DNA of 36,365 nucleotides from Candidatus Binatia bacterium (GTDB lineage Bacteria; Desulfobacterota; Binatia; HRBIN30; CADEER01): NCBI GenBank assembly GCA_028282445.1, contig JANQHZ010000167.1, positions 1 to 36,365 of the forward strand, read 5' to 3'. Shown piece by piece: positions 25,701 to 36,365 of this stretch (position 1 is its first letter; each line of letters starts with the position of its first letter). The notes under the pieces were generated by a model. It saw only the letters and a program-made list of their open reading frames with translations, ran no database searches and was not told where the DNA came from. The position numbers and the translations under genes were made by a program.

Positions 25701-27671
25701 ATGCGCGGCTACTTGATCATTGTGATGTTCGTGGCCGGATTTCCACTCGCCGCTATCGCGGGCGTGGACCCGTGCCAGGATCGGACGTTTCCCAGCACGT
25801 TCGCCCTGATCGAGGAGGCGATCTTCGCCAATCGCGGCTGCACGAACGACATTTGCCACGGAGTGGCGGCTGCGGGCGGCCTCGATTTGCGAGCTGGGAC
25901 TGCCTACGACAGCCTGATCGACGTGCCGGCGGAGACGGTGGCGAACCGTCGCCTCGTGGTGCCGGGGCAAGCCGCGGAGAGTTTGCTGTGGCGCAACCTG
26001 GCCGCCAAGACCGCCCCTGAGTCGTGGGAGGCCGACCTTCGCCCGATGCCGTTGGATCCCCTGCTCGCGCTGTCGTTCGATGAGCTCGAAGCGGTTCGCC
26101 TGTGGATCGAGAGGGGCGCGCCCAGGGAAGGAACGGTTTCCGGGACGGACGAGCTGCTCGATGCCTGCTTGCCGCCCCCCGGGATCCTCGACATCAATCC
26201 GCTGCCGCCACCCCCGGCCGGCGCCGGATTGCAGATGAAGCTTCCGCGCTGGCGGCTGCCGGCGCACAGCGAGCGCGAGGTTTGTTTCGCGGTCTACTAC
26301 GACGTGACCGATCAGGTTCCCGAGATCTACCGAGGCCGCGACGGCACGACCTTTCGCTACTCGTTTCACGAGACTCGACAGAACCCGATCAGCCACCACA
26401 TGACGCCGCTGCTGTATCGCGGTCGCGCCGCAATCGACGACGAAGCTTGGGGTGGCTGGCGCTGTCTGGAGGGCTCCGCTGCCGGCAGCGTATGTGATCC
26501 GACCGAGGCCGACGCGTGCGGCGCCGGCGTATGCACGACGCCGCTGGAGCAGGTGTCGGGTTGTGTCGGCTACGGCCCGGGCGACGAGTTCATCACGGCC
26601 GCGAATCCGGGGGTCGCCGTAACGCAAGAGACCGCCGGCGAGTTCCCGGTGCCGGATGGAGTGTTCCACGAGCTGCCCTTGCAGGGCGTGCTGCTGTGGA
26701 CCTCGCATGCCTTCAACCTCACCGACGCGGAAGGCGTCGTCGAAGGCTGGCTCAACTTCGATTTCGTCGAAGTCGGCCCGGGCGACGTCGAAGCGCAGAG
26801 CTTCTCCGCACTCGAGGAGGTGTTCTCGATGTCGGTGCCGCCGTTCTCCGCACAGGAGCTCTGTCGGATTTACGAGTTCGAGGAGAACGCGCACGTCTTC
26901 GAGTGGAGCTCGCACCGACACAAGCGCGCGAAACGCTGGCGCACGTACATGGGCGCGTTTCGCTGTGACGGCGGACCTGCGAACGGCGAACCCTGTTCAC
27001 CCCTGGGGTACGACTTCTCCAGCCCGGACGTCTGTAAGGGTGCTTCCTGCATCGGTTTCGTACCCGCCCATGTCGGCGACTGCGATGGAAGTGGAGATGT
27101 CGGTATCGCCGAGCTGGCGACCAGCGTCGGAATTGCCTTGGGCGAGTTACCGATCGGAGCGTGCTCGACCGCAGACGGCAATCGCGACAACCGCATCACG
27201 GTAGCCGAGCTCGTCACCAGCGTGGGCGCGGCGTTGAACGGCGTGCCGGAACCGCAGCAGCTCGACCCGGAAGAAAGCCTCTTCTACACCAGCCTGCTCT
27301 ACGACGACCCGCTCGTCCTGCGGCCGCAAGAGCCGGCGGTCTTCCGCGGCACGCCGGCGCACCGGTCCGTCACGTACTGCGCTCTCTACGACAACGGCTT
27401 CGCTGACCCGAGCGAAGTGAAACGCAAAAGCACTTCGGTCGTACCCTGGCGGGGATTTCCCGGCGGTCCTTGCGCGGTGCCCTCGCATTGTACCGAGGGC
27501 AATGTCGGCGCGCCGTGCGCCGGAGACGACGACGCGACGCGCGATAGCTCCTGCGACACCAGCCCAGTAGCGGGAGACGGACGCTGCGACGCATGCGAGC
27601 TGCTCGGCGGTGTCACCACCGACGACGAGATGTTCCTCTTCATGGGCCGCTACTACATTCCCTCCGAATAG
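25701..27671 (+). CDS. exported PHM/DBH-like copper type II monooxygenase-domain protein with N-terminal PSCyt-like (CX4CH) domain and dockerin/EF-hand-like insert
   Basis: The ATG at 25701 gives the signal-like MRGYLIIVMFVAGFPLAAIAG. The segment RGCTNDICHG...GGLDL...LVVPGQAAESLLW...LWIERGA resembles the Planctomycete cytochrome C (PSCyt1) domain. Cu-ligand-like motifs are ISHHM (26394-26402), LLWTSHAFN (H at 26706), FEWSSHRHKRAK (26913-26921) and GGVTTDDEMFLFMGRYY (M at 27630). These parallel the PHM motifs VHHM, LQVHYG, VHTHHLGK and GGTSSDEMCNLYIMYY. The spacing from the third His to HxH is 69 aa, versus 70 in PHM. The dockerin-like pair DCDGSGDVGIAEL / DGNRDNRITVAEL lies at 27078-27242. 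Confidence 0.8.
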   Translation: MRGYLIIVMFVAGFPLAAIAGVDPCQDRTFPSTFALIEEAIFANRGCTNDICHGVAAAGGLDLRAGTAYDSLIDVPAETVANRRLVVPGQAAESLLWRNLAAKTAPESWEADLRPMPLDPLLALSFDELEAVRLWIERGAPREGTVSGTDELLDACLPPPGILDINPLPPPPAGAGLQMKLPRWRLPAHSEREVCFAVYYDVTDQVPEIYRGRDGTTFRYSFHETRQNPISHHMTPLLYRGRAAIDDEAWGGWRCLEGSAAGSVCDPTEADACGAGVCTTPLEQVSGCVGYGPGDEFITAANPGVAVTQETAGEFPVPDGVFHELPLQGVLLWTSHAFNLTDAEGVVEGWLNFDFVEVGPGDVEAQSFSALEEVFSMSVPPFSAQELCRIYEFEENAHVFEWSSHRHKRAKRWRTYMGAFRCDGGPANGEPCSPLGYDFSSPDVCKGASCIGFVPAHVGDCDGSGDVGIAELATSVGIALGELPIGACSTADGNRDNRITVAELVTSVGAALNGVPEPQQLDPEESLFYTSLLYDDPLVLRPQEPAVFRGTPAHRSVTYCALYDNGFADPSEVKRKSTSVVPWRGFPGGPCAVPSHCTEGNVGAPCAGDDDATRDSSCDTSPVAGDGRCDACELLGGVTTDDEMFLFMGRYYIPSE

Positions 27672-27726
27672 CCCCGGCAACTTCCGCGAGCTGCAGAGCG
27701 TCATCGAAGGCGCGGGCATTAGGGCC

Positions 27727-27746
27727 AAGGACGGGCGGTCGTCCTT
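27727..27746 (+). terminator. weak candidate terminator hairpin downstream of the monooxygenase-like gene
   Basis: AAGGACG, loop GGCGGT, CGTCCTT: a 7-bp stem 56 nt after the stop at 27671. No U-tract. Confidence 0.25.
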
Positions 27747-27952
27747 CCAACTTGCCGAGCGAAATCGCTCGCCGATCTCTCGTAGTAGTGCCTCCCACGA
27801 GATCTCGTCGCAGGCCACGCAATCCCGTGATTCACCCCGGCGGAGAACGCCGCCGCGCCCCGCCCGGAGAAGAATTCTCCCAGCTGGGCACCTGGCACAC
27901 ACATTGCTCGAGCAATGGATCATCCCAAACCCTAGCCATGGAGGAGATCACG

Positions 27953-28693
27953 ATGAAGAAGACCAACGCTCTCGGAGTGAGCGCACTGCTATCGCTGACC
28001 ATCACCCTGTCCGCCGCGATCGCGGCTCTCCCTAATCCCGGAGTAGAGATCGAGAGGGGACGCACCGCACTGGTGGTAACCGATCCGCAGAACGACTTTC
28101 TGAGCCCCGACGGCGTGACCTGGGGAGTCGTCGGAAAGAACGTCCAAGCCAACAACACCGTCGAGAACATCGAAGCGCTCCTCAAGACGGCGAAGGCGCA
28201 GGATATGCCCGTGTTCATTTCCCCGCACTACTACTACCCGCACGACCACAGCTGGAAGTTCGAGGGCGCTCTCGAAGCACTGATGCACAAGATTGGGATG
28301 TTCGACCGCAAGAGCGCTCTCAGCGTAGACGGATTCGAGGGCTCCGGAGCGGATTGGCTCGAGCGCTACAAACCGTACATCAACGACGGAAAGACGATCG
28401 TGACGAGTCCCCACAAGGTCTACGGACCCGAAACCAACGACCTCGTGCTGCAGCTTCGCAAGCGGGGCATCGACCAAGTCATCCTCGCGGGCATGTCAGC
28501 CAACCTCTGCACCGAGTCGCACATGCGCGAGCTGGTCGAGCAGGGATTCGAGGTGGCTGTCGTCAAGGATGCGACCGCAGCCGCGCAGGTCGATGAAGGC
28601 GACGGCTACGCAGCGGCCGTGACCAACTTCCGCTTCATTGCGAGCACCGTGTGGACGACCGAAGAAGCAGTGAAGGCAATGAAGAGCTACTAG
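27953..28693 (+). CDS. exported isochorismatase-family cysteine hydrolase
   Basis: GGAGGAG lies 6-7 nt upstream of the ATG at 27953. The signal peptide is MKKTNALGVSALLSLTITLSAAIAALP. Family motifs are ALVVTDPQNDF (Asp), SPHKVYG (Lys) and LAGMSANLCTES (Cys nucleophile). Confidence 0.9.
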   Translation: MKKTNALGVSALLSLTITLSAAIAALPNPGVEIERGRTALVVTDPQNDFLSPDGVTWGVVGKNVQANNTVENIEALLKTAKAQDMPVFISPHYYYPHDHSWKFEGALEALMHKIGMFDRKSALSVDGFEGSGADWLERYKPYINDGKTIVTSPHKVYGPETNDLVLQLRKRGIDQVILAGMSANLCTESHMRELVEQGFEVAVVKDATAAAQVDEGDGYAAAVTNFRFIASTVWTTEEAVKAMKSY

Positions 28694-28816
28694 GCTTGCG
28701 AGACGGCGCTTGGACTCATGGTCCTGACGGCGTTGGGGCTCTTCGGGATCGTTCGTCGTAGAGCGTCTTCCCGGAGCTGACATTGCCGCGCCAAGCCTGC
28801 GAGGGTGCGAGCAGGT

Positions 28817-30208
28817 TCAGAACGGCAACTGCTCTGCTTGCAACTCGCGCAACTCGTTGAACATCGCGACGCACGCCGACTCGTCGCGCGGTGATGTGGG
28901 ATCCTCCACCAGGGCCTCGAGGGCCGGTTGAGGGTCACCGGTGAGAGCGGCTCGAACGATCTTGTCCTGCAGGGGCAGTTGTACCGCGATATGGCCAGCG
29001 ACCGGTTCGGCAATCGGCGGCATCGTGTCGGGATGCATGCCGTCGCCATCGACCTCGGCCCCTACTTCGACGATGGCACCTTCGGCAACGTTCGGCAGGT
29101 AGCCGCGATTCGGCACGTTAACCGCTACGATCCGCTGCCGCTCGCCCGACCAGATCGAGGCGATGATCGGCACCACCTCTTCGAGGCTGTGCCCCATGCG
29201 CTGCAGCGGCAGCGGTAGCTTGGTGTTTGCGACCCACACGGTCAGCCGTTCGATGACCTTATCGATCCGGGCGAACTGATCTACGTGGTCCGGATGGTGG
29301 CCGCCGACTTCGCGCGCGAACGGGAGGTACTCACCGATGTGGCTGTCGACGGAGCATGGCACGAGATCGTGCTCGCGAAGCATATGCGCTACCAGCGGCG
29401 AGTAGAGTTGATCGGAAAGCATGGCCAGCACGGGCCGGGGCTCGCTCGCCCTGGCGAGCCGGGTAAGCAAGGGGCCGAAATCGAAGAACTTCGTGTGGAA
29501 CAGCCTCTTGACCCGCGCTAGCAGGTCCTCTCCCGTCTCTCGATCGATCATCTCCGTGAAGAAGGTGAAATGGTTGATCCCCGAGGCTTTCGCTGCGATC
29601 CGAGACGGTGGGATTCGCAGCAAGCGGCCAAGTCGAACGATACCGATCGGCATCTCGTGACACATGCCGACATTGCGAACCTTCGAGCCCTGGTTGATGG
29701 CGAGCGTCACCCGGCTCATCGGATTCGAGAGGTTGATGAGGAAGGCATCCGGACAGTACTTCTCGATGTCGGCGCAAATGCTCAGCGTGTTCTTAATGCT
29801 GCGCAGCGAGTGAAAGACGGCGCCCGGCCCGCCGTTCTCGCCGTTGACCTGCGTGGCGCCGTAACGCAGCGGGATCTCGTAGTCCTGACGCCAGTAGGGA
29901 AACCGACCGTGCTCGGCGCTCGCGATGACGAAATCGGCGACGGTCAGCGCTTCGGCCGGGTCGGTGGATTGTTCGAGGACGACCGGGTCGTCGTTCGCAG
30001 CATTGAGCTTGGCTGCGAACCGGTACGCTCGCTGCAGTCGAGGCTCGGAGATGTCGTGCAAAACCAGCCGACTGCCGGCAAGCGCCCGCGTGTGAATGAC
30101 ATCGTTGACCATCGTCGGGCCAAACGACAGCCCGCCCGCGCCCACTAGGGTGATCTTCGGTTCGCTCACGATGGACCAAGGATTGCCCAGCGACTGGGAG
30201 GAACGCAA
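28817..30208 (-). CDS. glycoside hydrolase family 4 (NAD+/Mn2+-dependent alpha-glucosidase/galactosidase-like)
   Basis: The N-terminal Rossmann motif is KITLVGAGGLSFG. The segment PDAFLINLSNPMSRVTLAINQGSKVRNVGMCHE fits the GH4 signature P-x-[SA]-x-[LIVMFY](2)-[QN]-x(2)-N-P-x(4)-[TA]-x(9,10)-[KRD]-x-[LIV]-[GN]-x-C. An alternative GTG start at 30169 (VSEPKITLVGAGG) is possible. Confidence 0.9.
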   Translation of the reverse strand: MRSSQSLGNPWSIVSEPKITLVGAGGLSFGPTMVNDVIHTRALAGSRLVLHDISEPRLQRAYRFAAKLNAANDDPVVLEQSTDPAEALTVADFVIASAEHGRFPYWRQDYEIPLRYGATQVNGENGGPGAVFHSLRSIKNTLSICADIEKYCPDAFLINLSNPMSRVTLAINQGSKVRNVGMCHEMPIGIVRLGRLLRIPPSRIAAKASGINHFTFFTEMIDRETGEDLLARVKRLFHTKFFDFGPLLTRLARASEPRPVLAMLSDQLYSPLVAHMLREHDLVPCSVDSHIGEYLPFAREVGGHHPDHVDQFARIDKVIERLTVWVANTKLPLPLQRMGHSLEEVVPIIASIWSGERQRIVAVNVPNRGYLPNVAEGAIVEVGAEVDGDGMHPDTMPPIAEPVAGHIAVQLPLQDKIVRAALTGDPQPALEALVEDPTSPRDESACVAMFNELRELQAEQLPF

Positions 30209-30386
30209 CTGAGAAGCGAACCTCGGCGCGCAACGATCTCCATTCTCGTTGCGACCACGGTGGATTCGTCCTGCGAGAGCCGGTGCACCTTACAAGCAAT
30301 TCTCGGGGGCAAAAAACGCAACGTAAGTGCCGAGCTCCAACGCCAGGGCACTATGAACTGAAGCAATTCAAGGGGTTGCCATGGTC

Positions 30387-30432
30387 GACCCCAATTGGAC
30401 CCAATTGGACCCGACCCGGGCCAATTGGGGTC
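30387..30432. promoter_or_regulatory. three helically phased CCAATTGG palindromes inside a 12-bp inverted repeat; candidate operator in the GH4/vapB divergent intergenic region
   Basis: CCAATTGG occurs at 30391-30398, 30401-30408 and 30421-30428, giving centre spacings of 10 and 20 bp. The outer inverted repeat is GACCCCAATTGG (30387-30398) / CCAATTGGGGTC (30421-30432). The site lies ~85-130 bp upstream of vapB. Confidence 0.4.
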
Positions 30433-30516
30433 CCGGTGCCGATTTCACCCTGAAATGGTGAGCCTACTCCGGCGCGGTTTGCTGGTGAATATGGGCAGAT
30501 GATATGGGTTAACCAT

Positions 30517-30756
30517 ATGAAGACGACGATCGAGCTCGACGACCGCATCCTGGCGCGGGCCAAACGGTTCGCAGCGCAGCAGGGCACGACCCTGCGCGCG
30601 GTCGTCGAGGACGCACTGCGGGCGCGCCTCGCGCCGAGGCCCAAGAGTCCGGAAAGATATCGCTTCGCGCCCCCCACGGTCCGCGGCAGCGAGCAACCCG
30701 CCGTCGACGTTGCCGATCGAAATGCCCTCTACGATCTCCTCGACGAGCCGCAGTGA
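30517..30756 (+). CDS. vapB: type II antitoxin, VapB family
   Basis: MKTTIELDDRILARAKRFAAQQGTTLRAVVEDALRARL is the typical VapB N-terminal DNA-binding region. The gene is small (79 aa) and its stop overlaps the GTG of the downstream PIN gene (GTGA). The track start at 30499 adds 6 aa. Confidence 0.8.
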   Translation: MKTTIELDDRILARAKRFAAQQGTTLRAVVEDALRARLAPRPKSPERYRFAPPTVRGSEQPAVDVADRNALYDLLDEPQ

Positions 30757-31181
30757 TTGCCGTCGATACCAACATACTGGTGTACGCGCACCGCGAAGAG
30801 ATGCCGGCCCACCGGAGCGCGACCGAGCGATTGCGTCAGCTGGTCGAGGGCTACGTCCCCTGGTCGCTTCCGATCTTCTGTATCGGAGAGTTCGTTCGGA
30901 TAGTGACACACCCACGGGTATTCCAACCGCCGAGCAACCTCGACCAAGCATTGGGATTCGTCGAGCACGTCCTCGGCAGTCCCGCCGCGCGACTCCTGAC
31001 CCCGGGGCCCGAGTTTCCCGAACGCTTCGCCGAGACTTGTCGCGACGCCAACGCTCGAGGCAATCTGGTCTTCGACGCTCAGATCGCCGCCACATGCGTC
31101 GAACACGGCGTGCGCGAGATCCTTTCGGAGGATCGGGATTTCGCCCGTTTTCGCGACGTGGAAGTCGTCCGACTCGAATGA
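30753..31181 (+). CDS. vapC: type II toxin, PIN-domain ribonuclease VapC
   Basis: IAVDTNILVYA contains the first conserved Asp. Further acidic PIN residues lie in HREEM, VFDAQIAATC and ILSEDRDFARF. The protein is 142 aa and overlaps vapB by 4 nt. Confidence 0.9.
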   Translation: MIAVDTNILVYAHREEMPAHRSATERLRQLVEGYVPWSLPIFCIGEFVRIVTHPRVFQPPSNLDQALGFVEHVLGSPAARLLTPGPEFPERFAETCRDANARGNLVFDAQIAATCVEHGVREILSEDRDFARFRDVEVVRLE

Positions 31182-31309
31182 GCCGACGCGCCTAGGAGGA
31201 AGCGGCGCCCCGCCGTCCTGTCGCGGATTGCAACTTCGGCTTCGGAGGGATTTAGAGTTCTCTCAGGGGTCGACTTTCCGTGCCCCCTCCAGAGCGAGAA
31301 GGAGACGTC

Positions 31310-32386
31310 ATGGGTTCGAGGGATTCGCGCACGACCAGCGGACGCGGCAGGCTGTTCGAAGGTGTCCTGGACACGATCGGCGACACGCCGTGCATCCGAA
31401 TCAACCACTTGGCACCGGACGGCGTTCGCATCTACGTGAAAGCCGAGTTCTTCAACCCCGCCGCGTCGGTCAAGGATCGTCTGGCGGTCAGCATCATCGA
31501 GGAGGCCGAACGCCGCGGCGATCTCGCGCCCGGCCAAACGGTGGTCGAGGCGACCAGCGGTAACACCGGTATCGGTCTCGCCATGGTCTGCGCCGCCAAA
31601 GGCTACCCGCTCGTGGTCACGATGGCCGACAGCTTTTCCATCGAACGCCGCAAGCTCATGCGCTTCCTCGGCGCCAAGGTCGTGCTGACCCCGCGCGCCG
31701 AGAAGGGCTTCGGGATGTACCGCAAGGCCGTCGAGCTGGCCGAGGCCAACGGCTGGTTTCTGGCGCGGCAGTTCGAAACCGACGCCAACGCACAGATCCA
31801 CGAGAACACCACGGCGCGCGAGATCCTCGCCGATTTCGAGGGCGAGCGGCTGGACTATTGGATCACCGGCTACGGCACCGGCGGGACCGTAACCGGCGTC
31901 GCCCGCGTCCTGCGCAAGGAGCGCCCCGAGACGAAGATCATCCTCAGCGAGCCGGCCAACGCCCAGATCGTCGGCAGCGGCATCGCCCAGGAGCGCGGTC
32001 CGGACAACGCCCCGGCGGTCAGCCACTCGGCGTTCGAGCCGCACCCGATCCAGGGCTGGACGCCGGACTTCATTCCCCACGTCCTGCAGGAGGCGATCGA
32101 CAACCAGTACTACGACGAGCTGATCCCGGTTGCGGGTTCGGTGGGCATCGAGTGGTCGCAGAAGCTCGCCCAGAAGGAAGGCATCCTGACCGGGGTTTCG
32201 GGCGGATCGACCTTCGCCATCGCGATGCAGATCGCCGACAAGGCCGAGCCCGGCTCGGTCATCCTGTGCATGCTGCCCGATACCGGCGAACGCTACCTTT
32301 CCTCGCCGCTCTTCGAGGGGATCCCGGACGGGATGACCGAAGAGGAAGAGGCCCTGTCGCACTCGACCCCGGGCTACCAGATCTAG
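31310..32386 (+). CDS. cysK: cysteine synthase A (O-acetylserine sulfhydrylase), PLP-dependent
   Basis: AAGGAG lies 6 nt upstream of the ATG at 31310. IGDTPCIRIN, FFNPAASVKDRLA (PLP lysine), EATSGNTGIGLA and HPIQGWTPDFIP match the CysK/CysM fold-type II family. Confidence 0.88.
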   Translation: MGSRDSRTTSGRGRLFEGVLDTIGDTPCIRINHLAPDGVRIYVKAEFFNPAASVKDRLAVSIIEEAERRGDLAPGQTVVEATSGNTGIGLAMVCAAKGYPLVVTMADSFSIERRKLMRFLGAKVVLTPRAEKGFGMYRKAVELAEANGWFLARQFETDANAQIHENTTAREILADFEGERLDYWITGYGTGGTVTGVARVLRKERPETKIILSEPANAQIVGSGIAQERGPDNAPAVSHSAFEPHPIQGWTPDFIPHVLQEAIDNQYYDELIPVAGSVGIEWSQKLAQKEGILTGVSGGSTFAIAMQIADKAEPGSVILCMLPDTGERYLSSPLFEGIPDGMTEEEEALSHSTPGYQI

Positions 32387-32632
32387 CGGACGGTTGGGAA
32401 TGTAGGCCGGGCGGCAAACGGCAGCTGGGCCCCTGCCCCGGAAATGAGGGTCTCGATTTTCGAGTCACTCCGTTTTCGATGCAGGCTTTCGAAGCAGGCT
32501 AAGGCTTGGGGCTCGGGCGGAGGCTGAGGATGGTGGTCGCGCGGAGCGCGACGGCTATTGCTGTGACCGCGGGATCGACCTTCCGCTTGACCTTCTCCGG
32601 CATCGGCAGCATAGTCATCCGCTAATCGTGAT

Positions 32633-33610
32633 ATGAGGATGATAGAGCCACCGGTGAACCTTTCCCGCTACGTCGATACGCTGAGCCTGCTGGGCGACGA
32701 GAGTCGTCTCCGTCTGTGCGCGCTGCTGCACGACCGGGAGCTCTGTGTCGCCGATCTGGTGCGGGTGACCGGGATTTCTCAGTCGCGTGTGTCGACGCAT
32801 CTCGGGCGGCTTCGCAAGGCCGGCGTGGTGCGAGACCGCCGCACGGGACCGCACGCCTTCTATACACTCGCCGCGGAGGAGCTTCCGAGCTCGGCGCGCA
32901 CATTACTCGCGGAAGCGGCGCAGGCCCCGGATCCGACTCTCGACGGGGATCGGGCGCGACTGAGCGCGCTCGAAAGCGAGCGCCGCAACGGGCTGGCCGA
33001 GTACGCGCCCGACGAGCTCGAGCGATTCTATTCACCGGGTAGGAGCTGGCAGTCACTAGCGGTCGGCATCGCCGCGCTGCTGCGGCTCGGCGACGTCCTC
33101 GACGTCGGCTCGGGTGACGGCGCCGCGGCAAGCGCCATCGCGCCCTATTGCCGCTCGGTCTGCTGCGTCGACGCCAATCCGCGCATGGTCGAGCAGACTC
33201 GCGAGCGGCTGGCAGCGTTCTCACACGTGAGCGTCCAAGAGGCCGACGTTCACGACCTGCCCTTCGCGGCGGAGTCGTTCGACACCGTGCTGCTCTTCCA
33301 TACATTAAATTACGCGGCCCGGCCGTCGCGCGCCCTATCGGAGTGCTCGCGTGTTCTGCGCCCGGGCGGTCGGTTGGTGGTGCTCTGCCTCGACCGGCAC
33401 CGCCGGCAGGACGTCACCGCCAAGTACGGCGAGCGCCATCCGGGCTTCGCCCCGCGCAGCCTGCGCAGGCTGCTCGGCGCCGCCGAGCTCGACGTGGTCA
33501 CCGCGGACGTCGCCTGCCGTGAGAGCAAGAAACCTCATCTGCAAGTAGTACTGGCGATCGCCGAAAAGCCCGAGACCGGGGCGCCGTCGAAAATCGCCGG
33601 GAGGACCTGA
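32633..33610 (+). CDS. ArsR/SmtB-family HTH regulator fused to a class I SAM-dependent methyltransferase-like domain (SahR-like)
   Basis: The N-terminal region [54 protein letters not shown] is an ArsR winged helix. The C-terminal region has [12 protein letters not shown] (motif I), [12 protein letters not shown] and [10 protein letters not shown]. Its stop is 2 nt before the metH ATG. Confidence 0.85.
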   Translation: MRMIEPPVNLSRYVDTLSLLGDESRLRLCALLHDRELCVADLVRVTGISQSRVSTHLGRLRKAGVVRDRRTGPHAFYTLAAEELPSSARTLLAEAAQAPDPTLDGDRARLSALESERRNGLAEYAPDELERFYSPGRSWQSLAVGIAALLRLGDVLDVGSGDGAAASAIAPYCRSVCCVDANPRMVEQTRERLAAFSHVSVQEADVHDLPFAAESFDTVLLFHTLNYAARPSRALSECSRVLRPGGRLVVLCLDRHRRQDVTAKYGERHPGFAPRSLRRLLGAAELDVVTADVACRESKKPHLQVVLAIAEKPETGAPSKIAGRT

Positions 33611-33612
33611 TC

Positions 33613-36365
<2,753 letters not shown>

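Noticed and set aside
25839-25862. CTNDICH as a bona fide heme c attachment site
   Set aside because: I do not claim it as a feature. Canonical sites are CxxCH; CX4CH sites exist but are rare, and I cannot assess the fold or the distal ligand from sequence alone. I keep it only as part of the PSCyt-like domain resemblance.
25677-26921. 414-aa minus-strand ORF (and 27147-27923, 258 aa)
   Set aside because: Both are antisense or overlapping shadows of the copper monooxygenase-like gene and its downstream spacer. They have no motifs and an Arg-rich composition.
31079-32362. 427-aa minus-strand ORF
   Set aside because: It is antisense to cysK, whose plus-strand translation carries the PLP-lysine and TSGNTG motifs. 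The minus-strand product is low-complexity and R/G/D/L-rich.
32387-32632. Possible SAH/SAM or cobalamin riboswitch upstream of the regulator-metH pair
   Set aside because: Only a short GC hairpin and small direct repeats are visible. I could not recognise the conserved cores of the SAH, SAM-I/II/IV or B12 elements by eye. This needs an Infernal/Rfam scan.
32622-33305. 227-aa minus-strand ORF
   Set aside because: It is antisense to the ArsR/methyltransferase gene, with an extreme Arg/Pro/Ala composition.

Overview
High-GC bacterial window, probably from an uncultured or metagenomic genome. The domain repertoire (dockerin-like, PSCyt-like and Myxococcus-type Cys-rich modules) suggests a Myxococcota/Binatota/Desulfobacterota-like organism, but that is inference only. 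I found no rRNA, tRNA, CRISPR array, transposase or integrase.

The window splits into two parts.

(1) Positions 1 to ~25.5 kb look like an accessory block with visibly lower third-codon-position G/C. It encodes secreted or surface-type proteins:
- a 5'-partial beta-propeller protein with a Cys-rich tail;
- a parallel beta-helix protein;
- small exported proteins;
- a frameshifted beta-helix remnant;
- a GT-A glycosyltransferase.
Its centrepiece is a tightly packed, translationally coupled six-gene operon (5051-23761, ~18.7 kb). The operon is dominated by a 3047-aa ORF and a ~1581-aa ORF. In these I can find no signal peptide, NTPase, protease, RHS, RTX or contractile-tail signature. They do carry shared glycine-rich modules, interspersed ~65-aa repeats, a C-terminal region that I tentatively recognise as DUF6603-like, and several sharply defined motif blocks. 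This operon is the best candidate for an undescribed system.

(2) Positions ~25.6 kb to the end have higher GC3 and look like core genome:
- a PHM/DBH-like copper monooxygenase fused to a PSCyt-like CX4CH domain and a dockerin-like insert;
- an exported isochorismatase-family hydrolase;
- a GH4 glycosidase on the minus strand;
- a VapBC toxin-antitoxin pair preceded by a phased triple CCAATTGG palindrome;
- cysK;
- an ArsR-HTH/SAM-methyltransferase (SahR-like) regulator;
- a 3'-truncated cobalamin-dependent methionine synthase, metH. It is absent from the ORF track because it runs off the window.

Many long minus-strand ORFs in the track are antisense shadows of these genes.
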